DNA of 64,000 bases from a virus (IMGVR_UViG_3300032050_000069); one strand, 5' to 3'. Counted from the stretch's first letter, positions 48,136 to 57,231 are shown. Numbers and translations: made by a program. Notes: generated by a model not told the origin, from the letters alone.

Positions 48136-48561
48136 ATGAATGTAAAAATTAAAAGATTAGATAAAGATGCAGTAATCCCAAAATACTCTAAAATAGGAGA
48201 TGCGGGTTTAGATTTGGTAGCAACGAACATTAAAGAAAATACTACATTTCAAATTACTTATGGATTGGGTATTGCTTTGGAAATACCCGAAGGGTTTGTT
48301 GGACTAGTATTCCCTCGTTCTTCAATACGAAATACAGAACTCACATTAAGTAATTGTGTGGGGGTAATTGATAGTGGATATAGAGGAGAACTGCAAGCAA
48401 CTTTTAATAAATCAAATGGTCTTGATTCTATTTCTTATAATATAGGTGATAGAGTTTGCCAAATTCTTATTATCCCATATCCTCCTATTGAATTCGTTGA
48501 AGTTGATGAATTATCGAATACTGAAAGAGGTGAGGGTGGTTTCGGTTCAACAGGAAAATAA
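48136..48561 (+). CDS. dut: dUTP diphosphatase
   Basis: AGLDL, FPRSS, GVIDSGYRGE, GDRVCQILI, RGEGGFGSTG correspond to dUTPase motifs I-V. Confidence 0.7.
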   Translation: MNVKIKRLDKDAVIPKYSKIGDAGLDLVATNIKENTTFQITYGLGIALEIPEGFVGLVFPRSSIRNTELTLSNCVGVIDSGYRGELQATFNKSNGLDSISYNIGDRVCQILIIPYPPIEFVEVDELSNTERGEGGFGSTGK

Positions 48562-48751
48562 CTTATATCAAAAATGGAATACTTACCGGCTTTCGCAATT
48601 ATTTTAACTATTGTAGCAATAATCTCTTGGAGATGGGTTAAGGCAATAGATTATATGAAAGAAAACCATCCTGATTATAAAGGTGAAGATTTCTTAAATT
48701 GGGGAGAAAACAAAGATGAAAACGAAAATGATAAAAATCAAATAATGTAAT

Positions 48752-49063
48752 ATGGAAAAATCAATTATTATCGACTACATCGAATACAAATGTAGTGATG
48801 CTGAAATTACTCTTAACGATGAGGAAGTAATCTTTGAAATCCTCGATAGACATGGTAGAATAAATTATGCAATTGCATCACCTACTGATTTATTAGGAGA
48901 TTGTATTCAAAAAGTTTGGAAGATTGAATCAGTAGAAGACCTTTCCGAAAGTTTATTTGTGGAAGATGTAGTATATGATGATGAATACTATAAATCAACT
49001 TATTTCCCAACAGCGGAAGAGGAAGAAGAAGCTAGAAAATTATTTAACGAAAACATAGATTAA
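48752..49063 (+). CDS. hypothetical acidic protein
   Basis: 103-aa ORF. Confidence 0.3.
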   Translation: MEKSIIIDYIEYKCSDAEITLNDEEVIFEILDRHGRINYAIASPTDLLGDCIQKVWKIESVEDLSESLFVEDVVYDDEYYKSTYFPTAEEEEEARKLFNENID

Positions 49064-49283
49064 ATGGAAGAAAACAATTTTTACCCATTAGAGGTGTTGC
49101 AAAAAGCGGAAAGTGTTTTAATGCAAAGAATACGAAAAATGAAAGATGGAGAACCTAAATGGGCTGCATCACAAAGATTAAGAGAGGTTAGAGATGTAAT
49201 GGTATCGGTGAAAAAACAATTCATTAAACCCATCGAAGAATAATCCTTTCTTTTTTATATTATATTTATAGAAAAGATAATAA

Positions 49284-50129
49284 ATGGAATTACTTAAAGA
49301 GTTTAAGAATATTGTAGATGAAGTGGCTTTATTAGAGGCTGAACTTTTAGAGCAGTTAGTATTGGAGGGAGTTGATGATCCTGGTATACTTAAATGTATC
49401 TTTATGGCAGGTGGACCTGGTAGTGGTAAATCATTTGTAGCACAAGAAATTTTTGGAATAGATAAAAATCTTCGAACATCAGTTGCGGCATCCGGTCTTA
49501 AAGTAGTCAATTCAGACCCTGCATTTGAAGCCCAACTTAAAAAGCATGGAATTAATCCAAAAGATTTAGCAAAAATAGAAAAGGAAGAACCCGAATTATG
49601 GGATTTTATTACAAAGAATCCACAAGGGCCAAGAGAAACCGCTAAAAAACAAGTAGCTAAATTTAAGGAATTTTATGAAGCCGGTAGATTGGGTATGATT
49701 ATCGATGGAACTGGTGACAACTATGATAAAGTTGCAAGACAAAAGAAAGAAGCAGAAGCATTAGGATATGATACCTATATGGTATTCGTAAATACATCAT
49801 TAGAAGTAGCTCTTATTAGAAATTCAGAAAGAGGTAGAACTTTGGGTGAGGAATTAGTAACTCAAAGTTGGAAAGAGTGCCAGGAAAATTTAGGTAAGTT
49901 TCAACAATTATTCGGAGGTGGTAATAAATTTATGATTGTTGATAATACTGAATATAAAAAAGGTAACTACACTTTCAAACATAAGAAAACTGGAAAAACA
50001 GTAGCAGCGGCTAAACCATTACAACCAGAGGTTAGAAAGGCTATTGATACATTTTTAAGATTACCAATTTACAATCCCATCGGAAAAAAATGGATAGAGG
50101 GAGCAAGATTAATAAAGAAATATTTTTAA
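49284..50129 (+). CDS. P-loop NTPase, nucleotide/nucleoside-monophosphate-kinase-like
   Basis: FMAGGPGSGKSF Walker A. 281 aa. Confidence 0.45.
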   Translation: MELLKEFKNIVDEVALLEAELLEQLVLEGVDDPGILKCIFMAGGPGSGKSFVAQEIFGIDKNLRTSVAASGLKVVNSDPAFEAQLKKHGINPKDLAKIEKEEPELWDFITKNPQGPRETAKKQVAKFKEFYEAGRLGMIIDGTGDNYDKVARQKKEAEALGYDTYMVFVNTSLEVALIRNSERGRTLGEELVTQSWKECQENLGKFQQLFGGGNKFMIVDNTEYKKGNYTFKHKKTGKTVAAAKPLQPEVRKAIDTFLRLPIYNPIGKKWIEGARLIKKYF

Positions 50130-50458
50130 TGTATAAACTAAAATCTCTCATAGAATCATTACACTTTCCCTTATGGATTATAAAGGATTTTGCTTGGTTT
50201 TTGGGGTTTGGTTGGATTAGTCTCTTATTCGCCATTCCAACAATTCTTATTTCCCTAATTTTGGTAGGATATACATCGGGAATTAAGAAGATAGAAAACA
50301 TCATATTAGGGTGTTGGTTGAGTGGGAATACATTTTGGATGGCTTCTGAGTTATTCGAAACTAATACCAGATGGTTAGCTATCCTATTGTTTATTATTGG
50401 ATTAGGGCTTTGTTTTAAAATCATACCATCAGTTATAAAAAAATACATAAGTAACTGA
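50129..50458 (+). CDS. small multi-pass membrane protein
   Basis: ATG overlaps upstream stop (TAATG). Three hydrophobic helices. Confidence 0.35.
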   Translation: MYKLKSLIESLHFPLWIIKDFAWFLGFGWISLLFAIPTILISLILVGYTSGIKKIENIILGCWLSGNTFWMASELFETNTRWLAILLFIIGLGLCFKIIPSVIKKYISN

Positions 50459-50492
50459 TAATCAATTATTTAATTTTTTAAAATAATTACAA

Positions 50493-50523
50493 AAAGACTT
50501 GGAATTTCCAAGTCTTTTTTTTA
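50493..50523 (+). terminator. rho-independent terminator (also contains class-II CTTGGAA element)
   Basis: aagacttgga-attt-ccaagtctt hairpin plus T9. Confidence 0.55.
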
Positions 50524-50524
50524 T

Positions 50525-50538
50525 CTTTACTATGTAAT
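50525..50538 (+). promoter_or_regulatory. class-II upstream motif CTTTACTATGTAAT
   Basis: Identical or near-identical motif at 28315, 51300, 61556. Confidence 0.4.
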
Positions 50539-50543
50539 AAAAA

Positions 50544-50783
50544 ATGAGAGATATGACTATTAGAGAATTTTATTTGAACAACTACCCAACTGATGAATTG
50601 GGTGTAGAAATTAATGAAAACGCTACTTTTGCTGGTTTAGTTACCGAATTATTTGGTGGACATGATGTTTACGAATATATTGGTGTTAGTGATAGTGTTA
50701 TCAGAGAAAGATGTTTTGAAGAATTAGCAACTCAACTAAACAAACCTTATGATTTTGTTTACGATATGTGGTTAAACTCTTAA
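50544..50783 (+). CDS. hypothetical protein
   Basis: 79-aa ORF downstream of class-II motif. Confidence 0.3.
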   Translation: MRDMTIREFYLNNYPTDELGVEINENATFAGLVTELFGGHDVYEYIGVSDSVIRERCFEELATQLNKPYDFVYDMWLNS

Positions 50784-50794
50784 AATCCGAAAAT

Positions 50795-51226
50795 ATGGAA
50801 AATTTAATTGGTCAAATGGTTCACGTGGTAGTTTCCAAAGATGGTAAAAAGGGAACTAAAATCCTTAAAGTTTGTAAGGTTAAGGCACGCTCGGTATTGT
50901 TTATTGAGGTAGATAGAGAGAACCGCAAAAACATCTTCCGTAAGGTTTCTAATAAAGATATAACCACAACAGGAATGATTGGGGATTCACCCTTTGTTTA
51001 CATCAAAGAAGGGGTATTACCTGAGAAATGGGAGAGTTATTGGGATAGTATGGGTAACCCATCCCCAATGAGTATAAACAATAGAATTAAACCCTATTTC
51101 AGTAATCACTCCAAAGGATGGGCTCCTGTAATCAAAGCACCTATGGGGGCATCTATGGATGCATTAGCAGTTTCGGTATCAAATCGTTCAACCACTAATT
51201 CAGCCGCTGGATTTCCAATGGTCTAA
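50795..51226 (+). CDS. hypothetical protein
   Basis: First ATG after the upstream stop (MENLIGQ). Confidence 0.3.
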   Translation: MENLIGQMVHVVVSKDGKKGTKILKVCKVKARSVLFIEVDRENRKNIFRKVSNKDITTTGMIGDSPFVYIKEGVLPEKWESYWDSMGNPSPMSINNRIKPYFSNHSKGWAPVIKAPMGASMDALAVSVSNRSTTNSAAGFPMV

Positions 51227-51299
51227 CTCATTGATAATCAATAAAAAATTTTCAAAGAATTATTCAAAAAGGCTTGGAAAATCCAAATTTATTTACTAC

Positions 51300-51313
51300 C
51301 TTTATTATGTAAT
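51300..51313 (+). promoter_or_regulatory. class-II upstream motif TTTATTATGTAAT
   Basis: Preceded by GGCTTGGAAAATCC. Confidence 0.4.
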
Positions 51314-51330
51314 CAAAAGAGATAGAAACT

Positions 51331-51690
51331 ATGAGTTTACCGTTCAACCTTAATTCAGTATTAGCATCGGCTTCGTTAATCGAAGGATTCGATGTAGTTA
51401 GAAACGCTTTTCCCGTTGAGGGACAGTTTACAAAGAGAGTAATTACTTACTCCGATGCAGTGTATGAGGCCCTTAATGATGTGGCTGAAGATTATTCGGA
51501 TTGGCCAGAGGATCAAGGGTTTGGTTCATCAGATATGACATATGTTCGTAAATCGTTCATTGATTCAATGATTAGTTTCGCTAACCTTAGAGGTTATTAT
51601 GAAACTAAATTTCAACCTTACCTTAAAGTGGTAGAGTATTCGGAAATCGAAAAGGAAGAATATGATTTGCGTAGAGAGCAAGGATTGTAA
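51331..51690 (+). CDS. hypothetical protein
   Basis: 119-aa ORF. Confidence 0.3.
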   Translation: MSLPFNLNSVLASASLIEGFDVVRNAFPVEGQFTKRVITYSDAVYEALNDVAEDYSDWPEDQGFGSSDMTYVRKSFIDSMISFANLRGYYETKFQPYLKVVEYSEIEKEEYDLRREQGL

Positions 51691-51725
51691 TAAATAAATT
51701 TTTTAAAATATAAAATATAAAAGTT

Positions 51726-52097
51726 ATGGGATGTTTCAGTTTTATTTGTAAAGAGAGTGGTTTGCCAGTTGCTTCATCTTCGTTTGATGGTGATGCGGTT
51801 CGCATGTACTTACTGAAAAATGGTAAGGTATTGGAAGAAATGCGAGGCCATTATGATTCGTATGGTAGAGTGTTCACCGCTGATAAAGAAGATTCATTTG
51901 AGTGGAAAATGGATTGGAATGAAGTATGTGATTTAATGTTCACCAAAAATGAAGGTGATGGAATCGCGGTGATTTTAGAAAAGTATTTCACCGGCAATAT
52001 ACCAACGACTCGAAGTGAAGGAGACCCTGATCAAGGTTGGGGGAAACGAAATGGTGGGCGCAAGAAGATTAAAGAACCAATTCATATTATTTACTAA
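51726..52097 (+). CDS. hypothetical protein
   Basis: 123-aa ORF. Confidence 0.3.
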   Translation: MGCFSFICKESGLPVASSSFDGDAVRMYLLKNGKVLEEMRGHYDSYGRVFTADKEDSFEWKMDWNEVCDLMFTKNEGDGIAVILEKYFTGNIPTTRSEGDPDQGWGKRNGGRKKIKEPIHIIY

Positions 52098-52109
52098 AAT
52101 ATAAAAGTT

Positions 52110-52457
52110 ATGTTATACGATTCTTATGATGTTGAAGTTTTGGCAGATAGGTTAGAGGAAGAAATGGAAGTAATAAACGAAATGAATAAAATTATGGATA
52201 TAAGAGAACAATGTAGAGAGCGAGCAATTGAATTTGCTAAAGAGTGGGGATATGAGGAAGTTAGTTCCCACATTTTAGATATAATGGTATCGATTATGTG
52301 TACCAGAGATAAATCCTCTTACGCCGGTGGTGGTTTTGTGGAGGCAGTTGTGGCTAACAATTTGTATTTGGCAATGAATAGAGCCGATACCCAATGTAGA
52401 AACCACATCTTTTTATTAACTATGTGTAAGGCAAATTGCTACCTTAACCAATTTTAA
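52110..52457 (+). CDS. hypothetical protein
   Basis: 115-aa ORF. Confidence 0.3.
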   Translation: MLYDSYDVEVLADRLEEEMEVINEMNKIMDIREQCRERAIEFAKEWGYEEVSSHILDIMVSIMCTRDKSSYAGGGFVEAVVANNLYLAMNRADTQCRNHIFLLTMCKANCYLNQF

Positions 52458-52467
52458 AAAAATAATT

Positions 52468-52701
52468 ATGGCAAGTATTGACATTGACATTGATGACATC
52501 CTATGTGGGATGATGAGTTATGAAAAGCAACAACTCGCAGATGAACTTTATCAAGAGGGGTATGTAGCTAAAAAAGATAGTGAAGCTAGAAATACCGATG
52601 ATGAGTGGAATGAGCAAGTGAATAAGCTGTTCAATAACAAATGGAGATTATCCAAAGAAGATGAAGAAACAATTTTAAAAATAACAAATAAATTAGTTTA
52701 A
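52468..52701 (+). CDS. hypothetical acidic protein
   Basis: 77-aa ORF. Confidence 0.25.
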   Translation: MASIDIDIDDILCGMMSYEKQQLADELYQEGYVAKKDSEARNTDDEWNEQVNKLFNNKWRLSKEDEETILKITNKLV

Positions 52702-52702
52702 G

Positions 52703-53161
52703 ATGGGACTAGACATGTATCTGTATAAAAAGAACTACATTTGGAGTGGTGATTGGGTAAAGCCCGAACATAAACAAGAAGTTATTGTAAAGAAGGGCGG
52801 TGAAGTAGATAGTTCAGTAAAGCCTGAAAAGATTAGGTATGTAATTGAAGAGGCGGGTTATTGGCGTAAAGCGAATCAGATTCACCAATGGTTTGTTGAT
52901 ACGGTACAACAAGGTGAAGATGATTGTGGCAACTATTATGTAAGTAGAGAGCAGTTATCATCATTATTAGAGATTTGTAAAAAAATCAAAGCTGATAATT
53001 CTTTGGCCGAATCATTATTACCTACTCAAAGTGGTTTCTTCTTTGGAGGAACTGAATATGATGAATACTATTATCAGGATATAGATAATACTATTGAAAT
53101 TTTGGAAGATTGCCTTTCAGATGAATCAGCAGATGATTTTGAATACCATTCTAGTTGGTAG
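52703..53161 (+). CDS. hypothetical protein
   Basis: 152-aa ORF. Confidence 0.3.
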   Translation: MGLDMYLYKKNYIWSGDWVKPEHKQEVIVKKGGEVDSSVKPEKIRYVIEEAGYWRKANQIHQWFVDTVQQGEDDCGNYYVSREQLSSLLEICKKIKADNSLAESLLPTQSGFFFGGTEYDEYYYQDIDNTIEILEDCLSDESADDFEYHSSW

Positions 53162-53164
53162 TAA

Positions 53165-54265
53165 ATGAAAAAGCTACTAATACCATTATCACTACTTTTA
53201 TTTAGTTGTGAGAAAAGTGATGTTTTACCAATACAACCTCCTTTAATTAATTCAGTTAAACCAAAGGAATTCCGATACGATACTCTTACATCAAACGAAG
53301 TTAGATTAACATCGACTAGATGGGATAATTTTAATGGTAAGGGATTGATTGGTTATGCGGATTTGAATAATGATGGTGAGGATGATGTAATTTATATTGA
53401 TGGAGATGTATTCATTAGGATATACAAAAAAGGCATATATGAATCATACAAAATACCAAATGTTTCATTCATCTTTGCCCGTTCAATTATACCTTTCGAT
53501 ATTAATGGTGATAATCTTTTAGATTTCGTTGTATTGGCCCACAACGATGAGCGATTACAATTTAATCCTGGTGAAGTTCCCTATGTTTTTATCAATAGAG
53601 GGAATAATCAATTTGAAACTAAAAAACTAAATACTAAGCAAGATTTCTGGCATTTAGGAACTGCTGGTGATTTAGATGGAGATGGTGATAATGATTTAAT
53701 TATTTGCACAGCGGGTTCAGTATCTTATTTTAAAAATGTTGGAGGAGAGTTAATAGAAACTCCAAATGTAATTCCTTCTTCATATAAAGATTCACATTAT
53801 GTAGGTGCATTGATTGATGATTTCAATAGTGATGGTATAAATGATGTAATCTTCTTTGGACATGAATACGCTATATTAAAAGATAAATCACAAATTGCAT
53901 TGACAAGGATTATGTATGGTAGCAAAAGTGGAATCTTTACCGAAGAAAACTCTATTACTTTAAATGAAGATAAAATTGGATTCGGTGTAATCATAGATGC
54001 ATTGTGTTATGATTTAAATAACGATGGGAAAGAAGAGTTAATACTAATTAGAACCGGAGACCCAATTAATTTTTCATTCTACAAAGGTTACCGCGTTCAA
54101 ATACTAAATCAAACAACCGATGTAACATCTCAATTTATAGATAATCCGTATTCATATACCGAAGGTTGGATTTGTATGATTAAATTAGTAGATGTAAATA
54201 AAGATGGGAAAAGGGATATAGTGGAATTGGATAAAAGGCGGGAAAAACATTTTATTCAAAAGTAA
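53165..54265 (+). CDS. lipoprotein with FG-GAP/VCBS-like Ca-binding repeats (beta-propeller-like)
   Basis: Lipobox LLFSCEKSD. Six repeats of the form D(L/I/V)N(N/G/S)DG(x)(D/N)D(V/L/F): DLNNDGEDDVIY, DINGDNLLDFVV, DLDGDGDNDLII, DFNSDGINDVIF, DLNNDGKEELIL, VDVNKDGKRDIV. Confidence 0.5.
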   Translation: MKKLLIPLSLLLFSCEKSDVLPIQPPLINSVKPKEFRYDTLTSNEVRLTSTRWDNFNGKGLIGYADLNNDGEDDVIYIDGDVFIRIYKKGIYESYKIPNVSFIFARSIIPFDINGDNLLDFVVLAHNDERLQFNPGEVPYVFINRGNNQFETKKLNTKQDFWHLGTAGDLDGDGDNDLIICTAGSVSYFKNVGGELIETPNVIPSSYKDSHYVGALIDDFNSDGINDVIFFGHEYAILKDKSQIALTRIMYGSKSGIFTEENSITLNEDKIGFGVIIDALCYDLNNDGKEELILIRTGDPINFSFYKGYRVQILNQTTDVTSQFIDNPYSYTEGWICMIKLVDVNKDGKRDIVELDKRREKHFIQK

Positions 54266-54321
54266 AAAAAATAACGTTTTATAAAAAAAACTTATATATA
54301 TGTATATAAGGTTTTAAAAAG

Positions 54322-54624
54322 ATGTTTGAAAAATTGAGTGTATCAATGTTATTATTTTTTAATAGTATTGGAATTGGGTTAGACCCTTCGATAATGAATG
54401 AAACCAAATCAATTGAATTATTTAAAAATGAAATAAAAGTTTTAAATAGAAAAATTGAATGGGTAGAAGTAATTGAAGATGACCCGGCTTCTAAGCATTT
54501 ATTAGTTGAAAAGTATAACAAAAAAATTGAAAAGTTGAATAATAAAATTATTGCTTTCAAAAAGGTTTCAGATTTAAAATTAAAGTGGGCAAAAGAGGAT
54601 TCTTTGGGTTCACCTATCAAATGA
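54322..54624 (+). CDS. hypothetical coiled-coil protein
   Basis: 100-aa ORF. Confidence 0.25.
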   Translation: MFEKLSVSMLLFFNSIGIGLDPSIMNETKSIELFKNEIKVLNRKIEWVEVIEDDPASKHLLVEKYNKKIEKLNNKIIAFKKVSDLKLKWAKEDSLGSPIK

Positions 54625-55028
54625 AAAAATTATTAGTAGTGGCTTTGGTACTCGGAATAAGTATCAATGCGAAAGCGCAGGAGGTATTTGCTTCTGCAAC
54701 AAACAAAGCGGTAGATGGTTACCTAACTTTGGGTTACATTAAAAATGGTTGGGGAGTTTTTATCGGAAGTAAATACAACGATAATAACCTTATATCACCA
54801 AAAAGTGGAACGATTTCCAACCAAATGAAATACGGTGTGATTAAAACTATCGCACAAGATAAATGGATGGCGGGAGCAGGTGTTCAACCGACATCAGATG
54901 GGCATAAGGTAAATGCCTTCATAGGGTATAACCCACTAAAATCTAAAGACCTAAAACTTTGGATGATAGGAAACATTGTAGGAGATACTTTTACACCTGG
55001 TTTAGGTTTATCTTACAAATTAAAATAA
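54621..55028 (+). CDS. small secreted outer-membrane beta-barrel-like protein
   Basis: ATG 54621 (MKKLLVVALVLGISINAKAQ signal peptide). Alternating amphipathic strands. C-terminus ...GLGLSYKLK. Confidence 0.35.
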   Translation: MKKLLVVALVLGISINAKAQEVFASATNKAVDGYLTLGYIKNGWGVFIGSKYNDNNLISPKSGTISNQMKYGVIKTIAQDKWMAGAGVQPTSDGHKVNAFIGYNPLKSKDLKLWMIGNIVGDTFTPGLGLSYKLK

Positions 55029-55075
55029 AAAAGCTTGGAAGTTTGGAAAAACTTTCTTATATTTGAAGAATAATA
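55028..55075 (+). promoter_or_regulatory. promoter cassette copy 1 (GCTTGGAA ... TTCTTATATTTG)
   Basis: First of four about 45-nt cassettes repeated at 55246-55293, 55400-55437, 55497-55537. Confidence 0.45.
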
Positions 55076-55245
55076 AAATAAGTTCTTTAAAATAGCAGGC
55101 GGGAGGTGAGGTATCTCGTTGGTCTCATAAGCCAAATTAACTAGGTTCGATTCCTAGGCGTTGCAACAAATCTACACTACTAGATTTTTGTGAGAGTAGT
55201 ATTCAGACGGTATCCTTAACAGGGCTTGGATGAGGTTCACAAAAA
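55076..55245 (+). ncRNA. small RNA 1 with isolated tRNA-like T-arm
   Basis: CTAGG-TTCGATT-CCTAG T-arm-like hairpin, but no foldable acceptor/anticodon arms. Downstream ACTACT...AGTAGT hairpin. Lies between promoter cassettes 1 and 2. Confidence 0.3.
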
Positions 55246-55278
55246 AAATTACAAAAATGCTTGAAACTTTGAAAAAAC

Positions 55279-55291
55279 TTCCGTATATTTG
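55279..55291 (+). promoter_or_regulatory. class-I promoter motif TTCCGTATATTTG (cassette copy 2)
   Basis: Preceded by ATGCTTGAAACTTTG -33-like element. Confidence 0.45.
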
Positions 55292-55307
55292 TAATAACAA
55301 AATGAGA

Positions 55308-55400
55308 TAGTGGTTGAAGCCAACATCTAATAAAACCGAATGTGTAACTACCCGGCGCGTGGTAGGATAAAGCCGGACACCACTACTTCATTTTGTTAAA
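55308..55400 (+). ncRNA. small structured RNA 2
   Basis: Nested hairpins: AGTGGT...ACCACT, GTTG-aagc-CAAC, CTACC-cggcgcgt-GGTAG. Ends in a T-rich stretch. No ORF. Confidence 0.35.
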
Positions 55401-55424
55401 AAAGATTTGGAAATACGAAAAAAG

Positions 55425-55437
55425 TTTCGTATATTTG
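55425..55437 (+). promoter_or_regulatory. class-I promoter motif TTTCGTATATTTG (cassette copy 3)
   Basis: Preceded by GATTTGGAAATACG. Confidence 0.45.
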
Positions 55438-55449
55438 TTAAAGTTTGAA

Positions 55450-55500
55450 ACTTATAGGTGATGAAAGATACTCGGTTTCAAATGGAAAAAAAAGTTGTTA
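55450..55500 (+). ncRNA. short hairpin RNA 3
   Basis: TTTGAAAC ... GTTTCAAA 8-bp stem followed by an A-rich tail. Confidence 0.25.
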
Positions 55501-55524
55501 AAATGCTTGGAAATTAAAAAAAAC

Positions 55525-55537
55525 TTCCGTATATTTG
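55525..55537 (+). promoter_or_regulatory. class-I promoter motif TTCCGTATATTTG (cassette copy 4)
   Basis: Preceded by ATGCTTGGAAATT. Drives the large structured region. Confidence 0.45.
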
Positions 55538-55559
55538 TAACAACAAAGAAAAGTTCTTT

Positions 55560-56790
55560 AAATTATTGAAACTAATTTCTATATAGTAACTTTGTGTTAC
55601 ATAATAGAGTGGCCGCATATGGTCGTTAAATAAACTTCGAAAGAAGGATAAAGTGAATCGGTTTGGTTTAATCGATTTGCGGCTCCTCCCCCGTAAGGGA
55701 GATGAGCTCGAGTATGCAAGTGAGGTATCACAAATGCTTAGTATCTGAGGGTAACACTTTAGGAGAGGAGTAGAGGTGACTGGGCAAGTGTAGATTGTTC
55801 AGTTGAGGTAGGAATACCAATAAGAATAACTCATAGAATTAATGCAAGAAGTAAAGACTTAATCTCTCTTTATCATTGCGTGATTCAATACCAAAGTTAT
55901 CTTAAAATCAAATTAGGGAAACCTTTTGAGATAAGATAGTGTACAGGTGGTGCTGTTACCATCCTTTTATAGAGTGTACCAACACCTATAAATGAAGATG
56001 ACTTAAAGTATGACGATAGGGATATCGTATCGGGTAGTAAAGTATTCCGTTGTTCAAAAGATAACGGAGCTTAAGGCAAACCACTACCTGAAACCATCTA
56101 CAAACCAAACTCATTTTTACTTCGGTGTAAAAACTATAAATAAAAATAAGAAAAAGAGTTTGCCAGTTACATCCGAAAGGTGTCTACATAGTAGTGAGTT
56201 GTTCACTGCCACAGACCTCCTCAAGGGGAATGTGATTCATTTGAAAGGTTTCTAACACCGCAAGTGTGAATCTGCTCGGCAGAGTAGAAGAAAATGAGTA
56301 TGATGAGAGTAAGATGTAACTCTAAGATTGGTTGGCTATACCAACCGACATTGAATTGGTACTTCTCAAAAGGAAGTGGAAACGAAAGGAAACAAATAAT
56401 CTTTCAAAAGCTGGTTCACAATATGGAGTATTCTCATCCTTATTTTATTATCATAATGGTTAATGTTGGTTCGATTCCAATGATGATAGCTTCGTAGTGG
56501 TTTCCGGCAGAAAGTTAGATGTATCTTCTAGACAACTGAAAGTTCCACTTTAATAAAAAATGAAAAAATGTATGATGGTATGGTTTTCCGTAGGGGATTT
56601 TCGCCTTAAACAATCTCAACAAAGCGAATTTAATTGATGGTAAAAACGGCTGTAGCTAGGCCTTTTGAAAGAACCACCCTACAAATCTTTCATTTTTATG
56701 AGTAACTTGTCGAGGCGGGTATTAACCAGAGCATGACTTGGATGGAGTATTTTGAAGACCGGTTACTTATTTTTTAGCTAAATTGATTTA
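55560..56790 (+). ncRNA. large GC-enriched structured non-coding RNA candidate (about 1.2 kb)
   Basis: No credible ORF. The 81-aa and 67-aa ORFs inside have no start context and arise because local GC is much higher than the flanks. Dense local stems: CTCCC-ccgtaa-GGGAG, GGTAGT...TCCGTT-gttcaaaagat-AACGGA...ACTACC, GGTTGG-ctata-CCAACC. Sits directly upstream of the tRNA array and directly downstream of a promoter cassette. Confidence 0.4.
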
Positions 56791-57016
56791 AAAAGAAATA
56801 GTGTTATACTTATATTAGAAGAAAATGAAAACTCTTAACTTACATACAGATTATCAACTGCCTACACAGAGATGTGAATGGACGGGGATTAGTATGTTTA
56901 GTGCGATAGAGAATCCGTCATTCTTGAATTTAGGCAAGGTGGATTATATTAGCACGAATAAGTTAGAGGATACCGATGTGGGATAAAATATAGATTTTTG
57001 AACAATATTAGAAGAA

Positions 57017-57047
57017 CCCTCTAACTGAAAAAGTTAGGGGGTTTTTT
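57017..57047 (+). terminator. rho-independent terminator ending the large ncRNA transcription unit
   Basis: ccctctaac-tgaaaaa-gttaggggg hairpin plus T6. Confidence 0.6.
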
Positions 57048-57054
57048 AGTTTAT

Positions 57055-57126
57055 GTTGGTGTGGCGCAGTGGTAGCGCAGTAGACTGTTAATCTATTGGT
57101 CGTAGGTTCGAATCCTACCATCAACG
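57055..57126 (+). tRNA. tRNA-Asn (anticodon GTT)
   Basis: Cloverleaf folded by hand: acceptor gttggtg/catcaac, D GCGC-agtggta-GCGC, anticodon stem gtaga/tctat loop ctGTTaa, T gtagg-ttcgaat-cctac. Confidence 0.7.
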
Positions 57127-57157
57127 CAAGAAAGGTTCTTTGACATTGTGGGAAAAT

Positions 57158-57231
57158 AGAAGATTAGCTCAGTTGGTTAGAGCATTTGGTTTACATCCAA
57201 AGGGTCATAGGTTCGAATCCTATATCTTCTA
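57158..57231 (+). tRNA. tRNA-Val (anticodon TAC)
   Basis: Acceptor agaagat/atcttct, anticodon stem tttgg/ccaaa loop ttTACat, T atagg-ttcgaat-cctat. Confidence 0.7.

Noticed and set aside
55076-55245. Possible complete tRNA or tmRNA at the lone T-arm (CTAGG-TTCGATT-CCTAG)
   Set aside because: No 5' partner for the would-be acceptor 3' strand (gcgttgc). No anticodon arm. No tag-peptide reading frame ending in ...LAA-stop nearby. Kept only as a small-RNA candidate.
56010-56497. ORFs 56010..56255 and 56294..56497 on the + strand
   Set aside because: Located in the GC-enriched structured non-coding region. They have no start context, and the elevated GC simply removes stop codons. Interpreted as part of the ncRNA.
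55560-56790. RNase P RNA or tmRNA identity for the large structured region
   Set aside because: I could not find CR-I/CR-IV/CR-V-like blocks (AGGAAAGTCC, GGTAAGAGCGCACC, ACAGAANCCGGCTTA). There is no tRNA-like 3' domain with a tag ORF. The group-II domain V consensus is not matched either.
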